NCBI RefSeq assembly: GCF_018350175.1
Contig: NC_058368.1
Location: 185,320,001 to 185,384,000 of the forward strand
Direction: 5' to 3'
DNA: 64,000 bases
Origin: Felis catus
Lineage: Eukaryota
Shown: positions 48,601 to 61,445 of the stretch, in pieces
Layout of the letters: every line of letters starts with the position of its first letter
Position numbering within the stretch: position 1 is the first letter of the stretch
The notes under the pieces: generated by a model
Told to the model about the DNA's origin: nothing
Databases searched by the model: none
What the model saw: only the letters and a program-made list of their open reading frames with translations
Position numbers and translations under genes: made by a program

Positions 48601-51180
48601 ATTGGGGTGTTGCTATTCATTTTCTTTATTTATAATATTTTGCTAAAAATACATTAATGGGTATCTTTCCAAGTCAGTACTAAACATAAAAGTTATTTTT
48701 TAAGTGACCCCAGAATATTCTAATAGATGAATGTACCATGATTTCCCTATTGGTGAAAGTTTCTTTTAATTTTATCTTTCTATTCAAGTTGTTTTGTTAT
48801 TTTCTATAAATATAAGATTAATATTATTTATAAATCCCATTATACCTTCTTTACTTATTTATTGCCAATCATTGGCTATGATATCCACTACCTACCTGAT
48901 TGAATGTGATCAACTGTGATTCCAAATTAGATGACACTTTATTGAACACTAGTGCCACCTGAGGGATATAAATGCCTACTGATAAGTCCATTTGGGTACT
49001 AACAATTATGACGTCTGAAGAGAAGAGAATTACAACTGGCTGAATTAAACATTTAATCTTTTGCATATTATTTGAAGACATCATTTGGTATTATTGCTTA
49101 AGAAAAGAGTAGGCGATTTACATCATCTGCCTTCTCTAAATATTAGAATTACTATAAAAATTGTGGTAAATTCACACCCAGTTTCTAGTGTACTCTCTGA
49201 TACAGCTATTCATCCCTTTTAATGGCTTATCATTAATACATATTATTTTATATATAATTGAGCCATAAACTTTATTTTTTTACTAAAATCATTTGAAAAT
49301 AAGAGTTATGGGTCACCATTTCTAGTTGGCTAGTTAAGCTCTAGGTAGTGACATAGTCATTGATTCAAAGACTAGAGAGTTTCTGGAATCTGTATAGGGT
49401 AAACTTTCCCTAACATACTTACTTCTTTGCCTGAAATCAGTAAATAAATGAATTTATAGGTAAGAAACTTTATAAATTTTTGTGTACAAATAAATGTTTA
49501 GATAAGCAATTATGAGAGAAGAGAGAATGGAATTTTGAATGAAGGAGGCTGTAATTTATCAAAATAGCAGAAAAGTTGCATTTTGTCACCAGTGTTAGAA
49601 TCTTGTCTGCTTACTAGTCTTTTGTTTCTCATATTGCCTGCCTACTCTATTCATGAGATTTCTAGGGACTTTAGTTCATTTTTATTATAGAGATTTAAAA
49701 AGGAGACTGGAACTTCACTGATAAAGATTAAAGAATGAGTAATTTTCATCTTGAGAGCATATTATAGATCTCAGCCTGCAAGTCTATCCTAATTTTAAAG
49801 TTTAAAGTCAATTTTCAGATAGAGCAGCAGTTCTAATTAGAGAAATAAAAAAGATAGAGGCTATTTGTAAGGCTTCACACAAAATCTAATTCTGGATAAA
49901 ATGCCAATTTAGATGAAAGGAAAATTGTTTTTAATGGTCAGTGAAATCTCACGAGTTAGAATATTGAGGGAAATACTACAGAATCACAGTAATTCATTGG
50001 CTCAAAGACCTCTTGCTGCTCATACTTGGATTGTTGGATTGTGATCAAATGGATTTGGTTTCATTTTCCTCTTGTTCTCTTGCTAGGAAGCCATATGCAG
50101 CACTTTTACAGAGAATACTTCCTGGTTTCAAAAATATCACCACAGACTTCCTGATATCAAACATATTACTACAAAATATAGGTAATGAATTAAAAGAAAT
50201 ATAGAAAAATCCCAGTTTTGCCTAACTTAAAGTCTTAAAACTTGCTCACTCTAGAATTTCCTTGTCCAGACACTCCACACCAACTTGTTCCTAGTGTAGG
50301 TTTTACTATATTCTCTCTAATTCTCTTGGTTTTTAGTCTTATTTCAGACTGTATTTTCCAAGAGACTTAATTTCTAATGAAAAATCACGGATTTGTCATT
50401 TTATTTATTCTATACATACAACCTACGAGGCACTCATGAGTGTCTACTGCATTCCAGATACCACTCTCTAGGTGTTTGGAAATAACAGAGATAAAGATCT
50501 ATATTTTCATGAAACTTACTTTCTAGTAAGGGAAGAGAGATAATAAATACAGTAAAGAGGCAATGATAGTAATTATAATACAGAGGTAAATAATAAATAT
50601 GATAAAGAAGTTGGAAGGTGATAAGTGTCATGGAGATGCAAGGAAAAAGTAGAGCAAGGAATAGGGATTGAGAGTGTAGGTGGCAATTTGCAACTTCAAA
50701 TGTGGTGGTTAGGATGGTCCTCCTTGAGAAGGTGACATATGAATATGTGAAGGTGTGAAAGAGGTGGGAGATTAGTTTTATGAATAGGTTTTTAAAAAAA
50801 TAAGGTTTTATTAAAGATAGTAAAAAAAATATAATCAAGTTAAACAATTATGAGGCAGAAAGTTTCTTCCATGATAATGAGACACTTAACCCTTTTGTGA
50901 GGGCAAAGGCTCCCTCCACTGGGTATCAGTCTTGAACAAAGCCCTTCATGCCCAGTGGTTCCCTTGCTTTCACTGGACACTCAATAGAAGCTTGGTGTTC
51001 TACATACATTGCTAGTCTATGACATAGTGCTCCCTTGGACAGAGACCTCATTCCGAAAGGCCAGGAATGCTAGGTGGGAAGGAATTGACATTCCCAGGCC
51101 TTGGCCATCTTTGTGCCAGCCCAAGGTCTATGGTACAGAGAAGAACAAGAGCAAGGGGATCACTTGAAAGGTTCCAAAGC

Positions 51181-51402
51181 AGGGACGCTTGGGTGGCTCA
51201 GTGGGTTAGGCCACCGACTTCAGCTCAGGCCATGATCCCATAGTTTGTGAGTTCGAGCCCTGCGTCCAGCTCTGCGCTGACAGCTCAGAGCCTGGAGCCT
51301 GCTTCGGATTCTGTGTCTCTCCCTCTCTCTGCCACTCCCTTGCTCGCGGTCTGTGTCTCTCTGTCTCTGTCTCTCAATAATAAATAAACATTTAAAAAAA
51401 AA
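51181..51402 (+). mobile_element. Can-SINE inside the candidate retrocopy
   Basis: SINEC body; degenerate TSD gaaaggt..cag. Confidence 0.93.
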
Positions 51403-51603
51403 GAAAGGTCCACATCAGAGGTCTATTTAACACCAGTAATAGTTTACACCTACCTCAAGGGTAGACACACATCCATTCCAGCCCTTCCCCACTTTAGTGA
51501 CCCTCAAGGTGGAACATAGCCTGTCTGACTCACCTAATCTAAGAGCAATAATCAGTTCCGCAGACACACAAGGTACCCATCTTCCACAGTGATAGGAGAG
51601 CAT

Positions 51604-51605
<2 letters not shown>

Positions 51606-51652
<47 letters not shown>
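51606..51652. repeat. (GT)n microsatellite, about 23 units
   Basis: Perfect dinucleotide run. Confidence 0.98.
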
Positions 51653-51654
<2 letters not shown>

Positions 51655-53339
51655 TGATGAGAACAGCATTTGAGGGGCCTCTGCCACATCAAAGAGAAGA
51701 GTTACTCCTGTAACTCTATCCTTCTTGTGATGCTTTGTGAAATAGAAACCCAATGTCACCTCCCTTTATAAAGCATGTTTTGTTCACACCAGAGACAAGG
51801 AACAACGGATAAGATTTTCAGGTGTGCCTGCAACATTGAAGAAATAGCAAAGAGACCATGTGGTAGGGAGTGAAAGAGGTGGGGTCCTGTGGCTTCAGAG
51901 ATGTTGTAGGGGAGCAGATCACAGAAGGCATTGGAGTTCCCTTTGATGAGCAAGGAGAAGTCATGGCAGGATTTTGAGCAGAGGAGTGCCAGGATCTAAC
52001 TCAGGTTTTAAAGGGATCACTGTGCTGCTCCATAGGGAATACTTTCTACTGTGTATTATAGTTAGGCTGATGCCAAATTCTAGAATCTGAATTTTTTGTA
52101 ACTACCTATGCTCAAGTTTTACCTTTGGTAAAACTTACCTTCACAATAAATAGTTAAAAATGTGGTGACTTCTTTCTATTTTAAAATAGTGAAGTTACTC
52201 AGAACAATGATAGATATAATGCATTCTTTTCCCCCAAATCCAAATATAAATTGACTAAGAAAACTTTTTCTACTTATTATCAGCCATACTTGAGATGCCT
52301 CAGGCAAGTTTTGCAGATTCTACCCCATTTTTACAGTTCATAATCAGCTCCTACTTAGACTATAGAAATTAATTAATTCTTAACAGTTTTCTGCAACTTA
52401 CTCTGAGTACTAGTTTTAATTGGTAGATTTTTTAAAATGTTACATTTTTTAGGAGAATTCATGCAGAATTGTATTTGACTCCAGCTGCTCTTAATTCAGG
52501 TGAATATGTTACATAAATCTGATCACCTGGTTTGAAACCCTGTTGCAAAAGAAGTATTAACTAAACAAAGGTATTCACAGGTACCTTGCTTTGACCACTG
52601 GGTTATTTTTTTTTCATACAAAAATGGATGAGAAGGTGACTGTGTAAAATTGGATCATGATAATTTGTAAATGCAGATACAACTTTATTCAAAGCACTAT
52701 TTGACAAAATTTCACTATTGCTGGTAACACTATTCTGTTGAGTTACCTAGAATCATTTAAATTCAAACTAAATCAAGTTTAATTTGATTGCACTGTATCC
52801 ATAAAAAGTTGGTTTTTATCCTAAAGGAAAAAAAAGTTAGCTTGTTAGAAGATAAATGCTGTGGGATATTAATGGTATATGGTTCTATTTATGTCCATTA
52901 ATACCACACGTATTTGTGTTCAAAGTATCCAGTAATATTCTCAGAACTTTCATGGTATGGTAGGTGACCTTTATCAGCAACTCTGAACTCCAACAAATTT
53001 TTTTTTGTTTTGTTTTTTAAAGGAAAATATCAAGGAATACTGAGGATACTAATGTTGGATTCTTCAAAAGTTTTACGTATAAAATGTGGTCTAATATCAA
53101 GATGAAATGCATTTAAGAAACTGGTGAGTCATGAGAAATAAAAATATATGTTCAAACCAGTAACATGATAAGAAAACACATAAACAACAGTTTCTCAGTT
53201 ACCTTATTTCGGGTGTCCTCTGCTTTGTGGAATAAATTTGGCAAAGAAGTCTGGCAAACTCGAGCAAATGACTACAATCTCATCCTTGGGTTTCATGAGA
53301 AAATTTGATGTCTCCTGATGAAAGTTTCCTGACACACAA

Positions 53340-54295
53340 TGTATTTATTTAACAAATGTTTACCATGTGCCTGTCATATTTTAGACACTCTGTTAAGTAC
53401 TGGGGAAACAGTGGTGAATGAGATATTTGTTCCCCACCCTCAGGGATTCAATATTCTGGAGGGAAAGAAAGATTAAAAACAAACAGGCAGCTGAGTTAAA
53501 TGATTGCACCTTTTTTTAAGAGCCACAAAGGAAGGGGAAGCAAACAAGGGACTTAGGTAATAATTAAGGGGAAGCTATTTTGGGTAGAGCGATGAGGGAA
53601 AGCATCTCTGTTTTGCTGGCCTCAAACTGAACTCTGAGGAGGAAAAGGAACTGGCCACATGAATGTAGTAGGCTGAGCTCAGGGATGAGAGGAGGGAAAG
53701 GGAAAAGCAGGCCAGAAAGAGGGAGTGGGGAGAGGCTGTGCAAAAACCTGGAAGCGGAAATAAGATTGGTCTATGCCAGGATCTGGGACTCCTAGAGGGA
53801 AGTGGCCAAGGAAGAGAACTGGCCAGGGTGAAGATGGAGAGAGGCTCATGGTAAATCAGAAAGTGTTTTGCAGAGTGGGGTAAACAGTGTTCACTGGGGA
53901 TCTGTGAGGATCTGGTTACAATAATGTCAATCTTGTTTACATTTTTAAGGTTTATTCTAACTGTTGGAGAGGGAATGGATTGTGGTTAGGGTACAGAAGG
54001 AATGGCAACTGTGTGTTAGAACAGTCCAGGTGAGATATGACAGTCACTTTGATTAGGGGATAGCAGTGATGATGGGGAAAAGTGAATGCATTCAAGACAA
54101 TCCATAAGGGGACTATCAGGAATTTCTGGTTTGAGAACCTGGGTGAATTGTGGCACTAGAACAAATTTGAGGGGACAAATCACATCACCCTGATTTTGGA
54201 CATGTTGAGGTTGAAGTGGCCACGAGACATTTAGGTGAAAAACTGACATATGGACCCACCTTTCAGAAGAAAAGTCTGGGCTAGATTTGAAAGTG
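53340..54295 (-). mobile_element. L2 relic
   Basis: tttatttaacaaatgtttaccatgtgcc...gtactggggaaacagtggtgaa; ttttggacatgttgaggttgaagtg. Confidence 0.8.
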
Positions 54296-54332
54296 GTAGA
54301 TTAAACAAAAAATGGCTGCCTCAGCGGAGGAC

Positions 54333-54690
54333 TGTCTTAGCTCTGCCTGCTATAACAAAACACCGTAGACCGTGTGACTAAAATTAAAAAAAAACAAACA
54401 TTTATTTCTCAGACTTCTGGAGGCTGGGGAGACTAAGATCAAGGTGGTTGCTGATTTGGTTTTTGGTAAAGGCTCTCTTGAACACAGCTGCTTTCTTGCT
54501 GTGTCTTTACGTGGTGGGGAGGGAGATCATGTCTCCAGTGTCTCTTCTATAAAGGCACAAATCCCACCAAGGGAGATGCACCCTCAAGACTTTATTACTC
54601 CCCAAAGGGTCCCACTCCAAATAGCATCACACTGGGGACTAGGGCTTCTATATATGAATTTGAGAGGACACAAACATTCAGTCCATAACA
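54333..54690 (-). mobile_element. MaLR solo LTR (MLT1A-like)
   Basis: tgtcttag...catttatttctcagacttctggaggctggg...ggacacaaacattcagtccataaca. Confidence 0.88.
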
Positions 54691-54984
54691 AGGGTTCAAT
54701 TGAAATTTACTGACAGAGATTTGCTTCCTGGGAGTGCTCTCCAGCTCCCCCATGTAACCTGGTCCTTCTTTCAGATCTCTCTAGGGATCACAGGACTCCA
54801 CTCCCTCCAAGTCCCAATTAGTATGGGACTAATTAGGACACATACTCTTTCCTTTGACTATAATATTTAATTCTCTTATTTAACCTTTTTTCTTTAGATA
54901 GTGGTTGTTCTGTAACGTCAAATCATTTCCCTACAATATAATAAAAAAAAAACATGGAAAGGTCTTTAGAGAATATTTGTTTAT

Positions 54985-55012
54985 TTTTAATTTATTTTAA
55001 TGTTTATTTATT

Positions 55013-55047
<35 letters not shown>

Positions 55048-55208
55048 AGGGGAGGGACAGAGAGAGAGAGGGAGACACAGAATCTGAAGCAGGCTCCAGG
55101 CTCTGAGCTGTCAGCACAGAGCCCGACGTGGGGCTCAAACTCAGGGACCACAAGATCCATGATCTGAGCCAAAGTTGGATGCTTAACCCACTCAACCACC
55201 CATGCCCC
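54985..55208 (-). mobile_element. Can-SINE
   Basis: Antisense SINEC with (GA)n; flanks aga(g/a)aatattt. Confidence 0.93.
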
Positions 55209-56999
55209 AGAAAATATTTATTATAATAACACCCCCATAACTGGCACCTGTTTATAAGTAAGAAAACAAGCAAAGACAAAGTAAAGCAGTTTCCTCAAGT
55301 TCATTAGCTAATAAGGGTCAAGCAGAGTCTTAAATTCAAGTCAGCCGAAACCAGCTTCTGTGTTTTTTAAGCGATCAGAATTCTCCTTATTTAATTTTTA
55401 TGTCCAAAATAGCTTTTCACAAATTAACTTAAAATAGGGGTTGTGTTTTATTGGAACTGAGATAATCTGAAACATTTGATTTTCCAAATTCTGCTATATA
55501 TTAAATTCTTCTTAGCCTCTGTATAAGGATGCTTTTAGAACTTAAATAAACTTTACTGTTTTAGAGTTCAAGTACTTTGGAGATCAATCCTAATTGAAGC
55601 CCAACGAAACTATGTATGTTCTCTAGGGTCATGCAACAGGCTGAAAGAATAACCTAGTGTGGAAATGAGTTTCTCTAAAGTTCACTCTAGGGCTTTCCTC
55701 ACCAACCTTCTAAAGTAATAAGCCTTGTGCAGTGCGATGTAACTTTTGTAACACTACTCTGTGCATAAATTACTGATGATTCATTGTCAGATGTTTAGCC
55801 TATTTTACCAGCCCTTTCAGAATATTAATTTTCCATCAGTGTCTTGAACGAGAGAATTTATATGGAATAAAATGCTCTTTCTGCTGGAACACATAAACCT
55901 CTATGCATTGCCTTATCAAAATAATTTTGAACTTACTTCCTGAAAACTTGTTCTGTGGTCAGCTTGGAAAAGAAAAGCATTAAATATAAGCTGCTTCCCA
56001 GTGGTTTTCATAATGGTAAGAGAACATATAGAGAAGGATAACATGAAAAGGTTTAGTCAGTTATTAAAATCTGATACAGATTATAAATAGGGTAGATCAG
56101 AGAGGTGTTAGATTAATATGAATTAATTCGGGCATCAGAGAGAAATCAGAATTAGAATGGGTTAATAGTGGTGTTTTTGGATAAAAGTGGAATGCTTCTT
56201 ATAAATTTAGGTTTGCAGGTTTAATTTTCATGAATTTTATTAATCTTTAAATGATTGGCTTAGTGTGCTATGGATCTACCTATCACATCTCTGTGATTCC
56301 ATGTGGTTCAAATATTATCAGACTATACATCTAATTAATACAGCTCAGTTCACTCATCAAAAATTACTTTGAATAAAAATAGCTAATTTAAATATTTTCA
56401 AATCTTAAGTGAACAATTCAAAGTTTTAATATCATGCATAATTAGGCAACTTTCTCACTAATCTTTAAATGTTATCAGTCCCTATTTAATCTAAATCTGC
56501 TCTGATTTTGAAGCATGACTCTTGTGGGGCTCTCTGCCCATTTTCAGAAGTTAGTCCATACTCTGTCTTTCCACTTACTAAAGGACAGTGGGGTAGAATG
56601 GAAATCATGCTGGTTAGAAACACACAGGTTTTAATCCAGGCTAAATCACTGACTTGCTGTTTGATGGTAATAAAATCTTTTAGCATCTTATATTATTTAG
56701 AGTTGGGGGCTATATTTAATATTCCTTAAGAGCATTTCTTTGTCTGAAGATCCATGAATATGACACTGAATATGACAGTACTCTTCCATCTGCACAACTC
56801 TACAGTTTTAGTTGCTTAATTAAACAAAAACAAAAATGTGTTTGTGAGCTTTTATCCTTTCTCTCTTTTGGGAATTTGACTACTAGCTATAAGAAATGGT
56901 TCCCTAGCAACAGTTCAGCACATCTATGAATTTCAAGCAACTTTAGAAAATGGGGCATATATGTTTCCACAAAACATAACATCAAAAAACAACAGTATT

Positions 57000-57150
57000 T
57001 TATGAATGTTTGTTTCCTGGTTTTAATAACGTGCTGTGGTTTGATAAGACATTAACATTGAGAAATACTGAGTGAAGGTTATATGGGAACTCTCTGTACC
57101 GGCTTTACAACTTGTTCTGAGTTTAAAATTATTCTAAAACAAAAAGCTTT
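57000..57150 (+). mobile_element. Old L1MC/MD 3' terminal fragment
   Basis: gtgaaggttatatgggaactctctgtac...aaaattattctaaaacaaaaag. Confidence 0.7.
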
Positions 57151-57399
57151 GTTAAGAAGAAACTTGAATACCAGATAGAGGAATTTAACTTTAAAATTAC
57201 CTTCAATTAACTTCAGTAGAACTAATACAATTCTACTACATGCTGTATCGTTTTAGTTATTTTATACCCATGACCTTTTCAGGCTAAGGAGACATTAAAA
57301 TTGAGTTACTAACATACAGATCTGAGGTTGGCTCGCCTTCTCCTGCTCTAAGTCTTTGTTGAATGTCTAGTGTGTAGTTGTGTATACAATAAAGAAATG

Positions 57400-57582
57400 A
57401 TGAAATATTGTGGAATCAGATAGTTTAGAGTTAACCTCTGGTTTGACAGTGACTCAGTTTCTCCATTTAGAAAAACTGTGATGATGACAATGCCATCTCA
57501 TAAGACTGTTATGTGAATTAAATAAGGCGCTACCTGTAAAATCCTCCAGGGAAGTGTTTGGCATTTAACAAGCTCAATGTAA
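57400..57582 (+). mobile_element. MIR fragment
   Basis: ctcagtttctccatttagaaaa...ctgttatgtgaattaaataag. Confidence 0.65.
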
Positions 57583-58893
57583 AGTGAGCCAAGAAATATG
57601 GTGCATTGAAAGAAACAAAATCATGAGGACTTTCCTCCCAGGATTTATAACCAGGTTAGGGAACCAGACCAAAATCATAGCATGCAGTTAAATGTTAATC
57701 CCTGTGCTGCTCTCTGATGATGATCATAATAGAGATAAACATGAAATCAGTGCAGTTAGAGTAATCAGGGAAGATACTGTGGAGGTGATTGGATTCAGCA
57801 AATATTATGTATTCTTGGCAACAAAACAGATCTCAGTTACTTAAATCTTGCCATTTTCCCAATATATAGAGATAATATCATTTGTAAAGTATGTTATGGG
57901 TTTTTGTTGTTAAAGTCCCTCTATGTAAAAAGCACTATTATTATATCCACAAACTATAGCTGAATCTCAAGAATTTGAATGAATAATCCTGCTGAAGACT
58001 GCAGGGTTAGCTTCAGGAAATTAAAATGAATGATAATTAAACCCAGAGTAAACCCTGAAGGCAGAGATCCATATTGTCAGCAGGGATAGTATTTTTCTAA
58101 TAGCAGAATATTTATTTATGAAATTATTTTTGGTGAAGGAAAATTGATTTGTCTTGCTCTCCTTATGTGGTTTTTAGGTCATTATTTGAACTTATGGTTT
58201 ATAAAAATTTACTTTTAGTTGCTACTTTTGCCTTTGATAATTTTTAGGTGACTATACTTATATGAAGGGGAAATTAATCTTTGTTTTCAATGGATTTGGA
58301 TAGATTTTGCTTGCAAGAATTCATTTTAGGCTTTTATCTTCATTATTTGGCTCTTATGAGACATAAATATCATTTAAATCAATAATTAGTTTTTCAAGGA
58401 AAGATTCAATTTCCTGTAGGTAAACATGTAGTAATTGTAGTATTAAAACTGCGTGGGATAGATCCAAGTATCCCCATTTATTTGTTTTTCTTATATAAAT
58501 TACTCAAAGCAAAAAATAAATAAATAAAGCTCCATTTGGGCATGTAAAGGGAGATAAAGTAATTCACCTTGTGCAACTGTGAATTTAAGTAGTAACAATG
58601 TACATTCGTAAATAAGACTATCAGTTTTATCTGCTCACTGTTAGGATGACAATCCCAGATTTATGAGAAATGTAATTCGAGCAAGATTTTATTTTCAGAA
58701 GACATGAATGACTATTTTTACAATGCTAATAAAAAATATTTTGGCAGTATGAATTCCCTTTTATTGTGCTATGGTGCTTCTACTGATACCCTCGTTTTTT
58801 TTGCTGTTGTTGCTTTTTTTTGAAAGTTAACCTAAATACTGATACCCTCTTGTTCCCATATTACTATACTCAAAATTTCTTGAGTTGCTTTTT

Positions 58894-59085
58894 TTTAAAA
58901 ATTATTTTAAGAGAGAGAGCATGAGCAGAGGAGGGGCAAATAGAGAGGGAGAGAGAGAATCTCAAGCAGGCTCCGCACTGTCAGCACAGAGACTGATGTA
59001 TAGGGCTCAAACCCACGAACCCTGAGATCATGACCTGAGCCAAAACCAAGAGTCCTACACTTAACTGACTGAGCCACCCAGTCTC
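58894..59085 (-). mobile_element. Can-SINE (older subfamily)
   Basis: Antisense body; TSD-like tgag(t/c)tgctt. Confidence 0.9.
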
Positions 59086-59794
59086 TCTGAGCTGCTTCTT
59101 AATAGCTATATTTTCATTGAAACTCCCCCTTCCTCCCAAACCCTGTGATAAGTACTTCCTGTGTGTGCTCAGGGTGAAACCACCGGTAAGTAAGGGAACT
59201 GGGAAATTTGTATTAATACTTACATTGTAAACTCCTGCTGATTATTATTCTAATTTTTCAAAGATAAATAGTTAAAAAGTTATATTTTCTATAAGACCAA
59301 AACTCAATCGTTTTGGAGGCACAATTTTTAAATATTTATATTTTTAAAGTACCTTTGAAAGTAAATTATAAAAAATAATCAATTTCAAGATATTTTATGA
59401 AAGAGAATATTAGAAGTGAAGGAGTACATCATTGCATTTAATTTCACATCATTTACTTTTATAATTTAGGTATATGTATTGTTTTCTGATTTTAAAACGA
59501 ATGTATTTAATAAAATATCCACTGTAAAAAAAGATGAGAAATTGAGAAAAATAGAGGACAATGTAATTCTTTCAAAATTTTGGCCTATTTCCTTCTTTCT
59601 TTTTCCTTCCTTCCTTTCTTTACTTCCAGTTTTAAAAAATACACTAAGTTCCTAATGTGTGCCAGTGCTTGCACTGATTTGGGGGTTCCAGAAGTAAATG
59701 AGACAGAAGTAACTCTTTTTTCAAGGATGGAATGGATGTGTGAATACTTTTTGAAATTTGGCATTTCATTTTTCTGAAACCATATTTTGGCTTT

Positions 59795-60400
59795 TATTTT
59801 TATTTAATTTATTTACTTCCATTGGTTACTATTATTATTAATTACAGTATAATTAATGTACAGTATTATACTAGTGACAGGTGGACAAAATAGTGATTCA
59901 ACAATAAGTGTAGTCTCATCACCTTCCCTATGGTAACCTCCAGTTTGTTCTCTACTTTAAAAAAATTTTTTTTTCAATGTTTTTATTTATTTTTGGGACA
60001 GAGAGAAACAGAGCATGAACGGGGGAGGGGCAGAGAGAGAGGGAGACACAGAATCGGAAACAGGCTCCAGGCTCTGAGCCATCAGCCCAGAGCCTGACGC
60101 GGGGCTTGAACTCACAGACCGCGAGTCCGTGACCTGGCTGAAGTCAGACGCTTAACCGACTGCGCCACCCAGGCGCCCCTGTTCTCTACTTTTAAGAGTC
60201 TGTTCTTTTTTTTTCTCTTTTTATTGATTTGGTTTTTTTCTTAAATTCTACATATGACTGAAATCATAAGGTATTTGTCTTTTTTTGACTTATTTCACTT
60301 AGCATTATACAGTCCATATCCATCCGTGCTGTTGCAACTGGCAAGATTTCATTCCTTTTTATGGCTGAGTAATCTTGCCTTGTATATATTCGCCACACTA
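59795..60400 (-). mobile_element. Carnivore L1 3' end fragment, interrupted by a SINE
   Basis: tggtaacctccagtttgttctcta...tgacttatttcacttagcattata...gcaagatttcattcctttttatggctgagtaa. Confidence 0.8.
59959..60179 (-). mobile_element. Young Can-SINE
   Basis: TSD tgttctctacttt at 59946-59958 and 60180-60192. Confidence 0.96.
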
Positions 60401-60963
60401 TTTGTTGTCCTTTCATCTCACTTTTCATATTAGGGCTTTATTTTCTTTTACACTCTTATATTGTATTGCATTTAAATGTTTAAAGAAAATAAAATTTGTG
60501 TGTGCATACATGTGTGTATGTATGAGAGAAAGAGTTTCAACTTCATTTTCTTCCATGTACTTGATTACATCAGGATTATTTATTTTTGAAGGTTTTAAAA
60601 GATATAATGCAGATGATCACTTGTAACATCTCCAAGCATCCAAAAAGGTACAAAAAAGAAAGTTGAAAAAAATCTCTCACCATTTGGAAATGACTTTCAT
60701 ATCAGTTAGTGAACAATGTACTAGATGTTTCTCCTTGTGTACATACAGATATGCAGAAATGAAAAAGAAGGAAGCAAAGAGGAAGTGAAAGAGAAAGGAA
60801 CAAAAAAGAAAAAAACTATAAGAAAAAAAGGGAGGAAACATTTTTCCATTCCATTATGCAGGCCGTATCTTTAATTAATATTTTTCTTTTAATTTATTTT
60901 TTTAAAAGAAGAATCTGAAGAAAAACTGGAAGAACTGTTTCTTCATTAATAAAAATTAGTTTC

Positions 60964-61240
60964 TGTATCACTCAGGGGTCTCCAGAGAAACAGAATCAAT
61001 GGATAGATAGGTTAGAGAAGGAGAGAGGGAAAGAGGGAGAGGGAGAGAGAAAAATATTCATTTCAAAGAATAGGTTTACGCAATTGCTGGTAACTCTGAA
61101 ATCTGTAGAGCAGATTGCCAGGCTGGAAACTTAAATAGGACTTGATGCTGCAGGCTTGAAGCAGAATTTCTTCTTTTTGGGAAAATCTCAGTCTTTGTTC
61201 CTAAGATTTCAGCTTATTGGATAAGGGGCCATTGATGATA
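60964..61240 (-). mobile_element. MLT2-like ERVL LTR fragment
   Basis: tgtatcactcaggggtctccagagaaacagaatcaatgga...ggctggaaact..gaagcagaatttcttct. Confidence 0.75.
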
Positions 61241-61445
61241 ATCTGATAATGTTTGCCATGTTTTATATGTCTCTCAAAGATCACACTATAATTAAAAATA
61301 TAATAAAAATTATAGTTTGAAATTCTGACATGTTTATAGTATATATTTTTACTTAGATATTTTTTAATCCCTTTCATAAAATGTAGTATATTGGTCCAGT
61401 TTCATTTTCCCCATTTCCCACTATTCTCCTTTCCCTCAATTCATC

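Larger units (their letters stand above)
50788..51810 (-). pseudogene. Candidate 5'-truncated processed retrocopy of an unidentified mRNA 3'UTR
   Basis: Non-repeat-like sequence interrupting a collinear L2; minus-strand AATAAA at about 50807-50812 close to the left end; degraded tail and TSD. Confidence 0.5.
50395..52040 (-). mobile_element. L2 relic; arms at about 50395-50785 and 51820-52040, split by a 1-kb insert
   Basis: tgagtgtctactgcattccagataccactctctagg...; resumes gtgtgcctg...gattttgagcagaggagtg..tttaaagggatcactgtgctgct. Confidence 0.75.

Noticed and set aside
50434..50847. 137-aa minus-strand ORF
   Set aside because: Lies in decayed L2, compositionally biased, no recognisable homology
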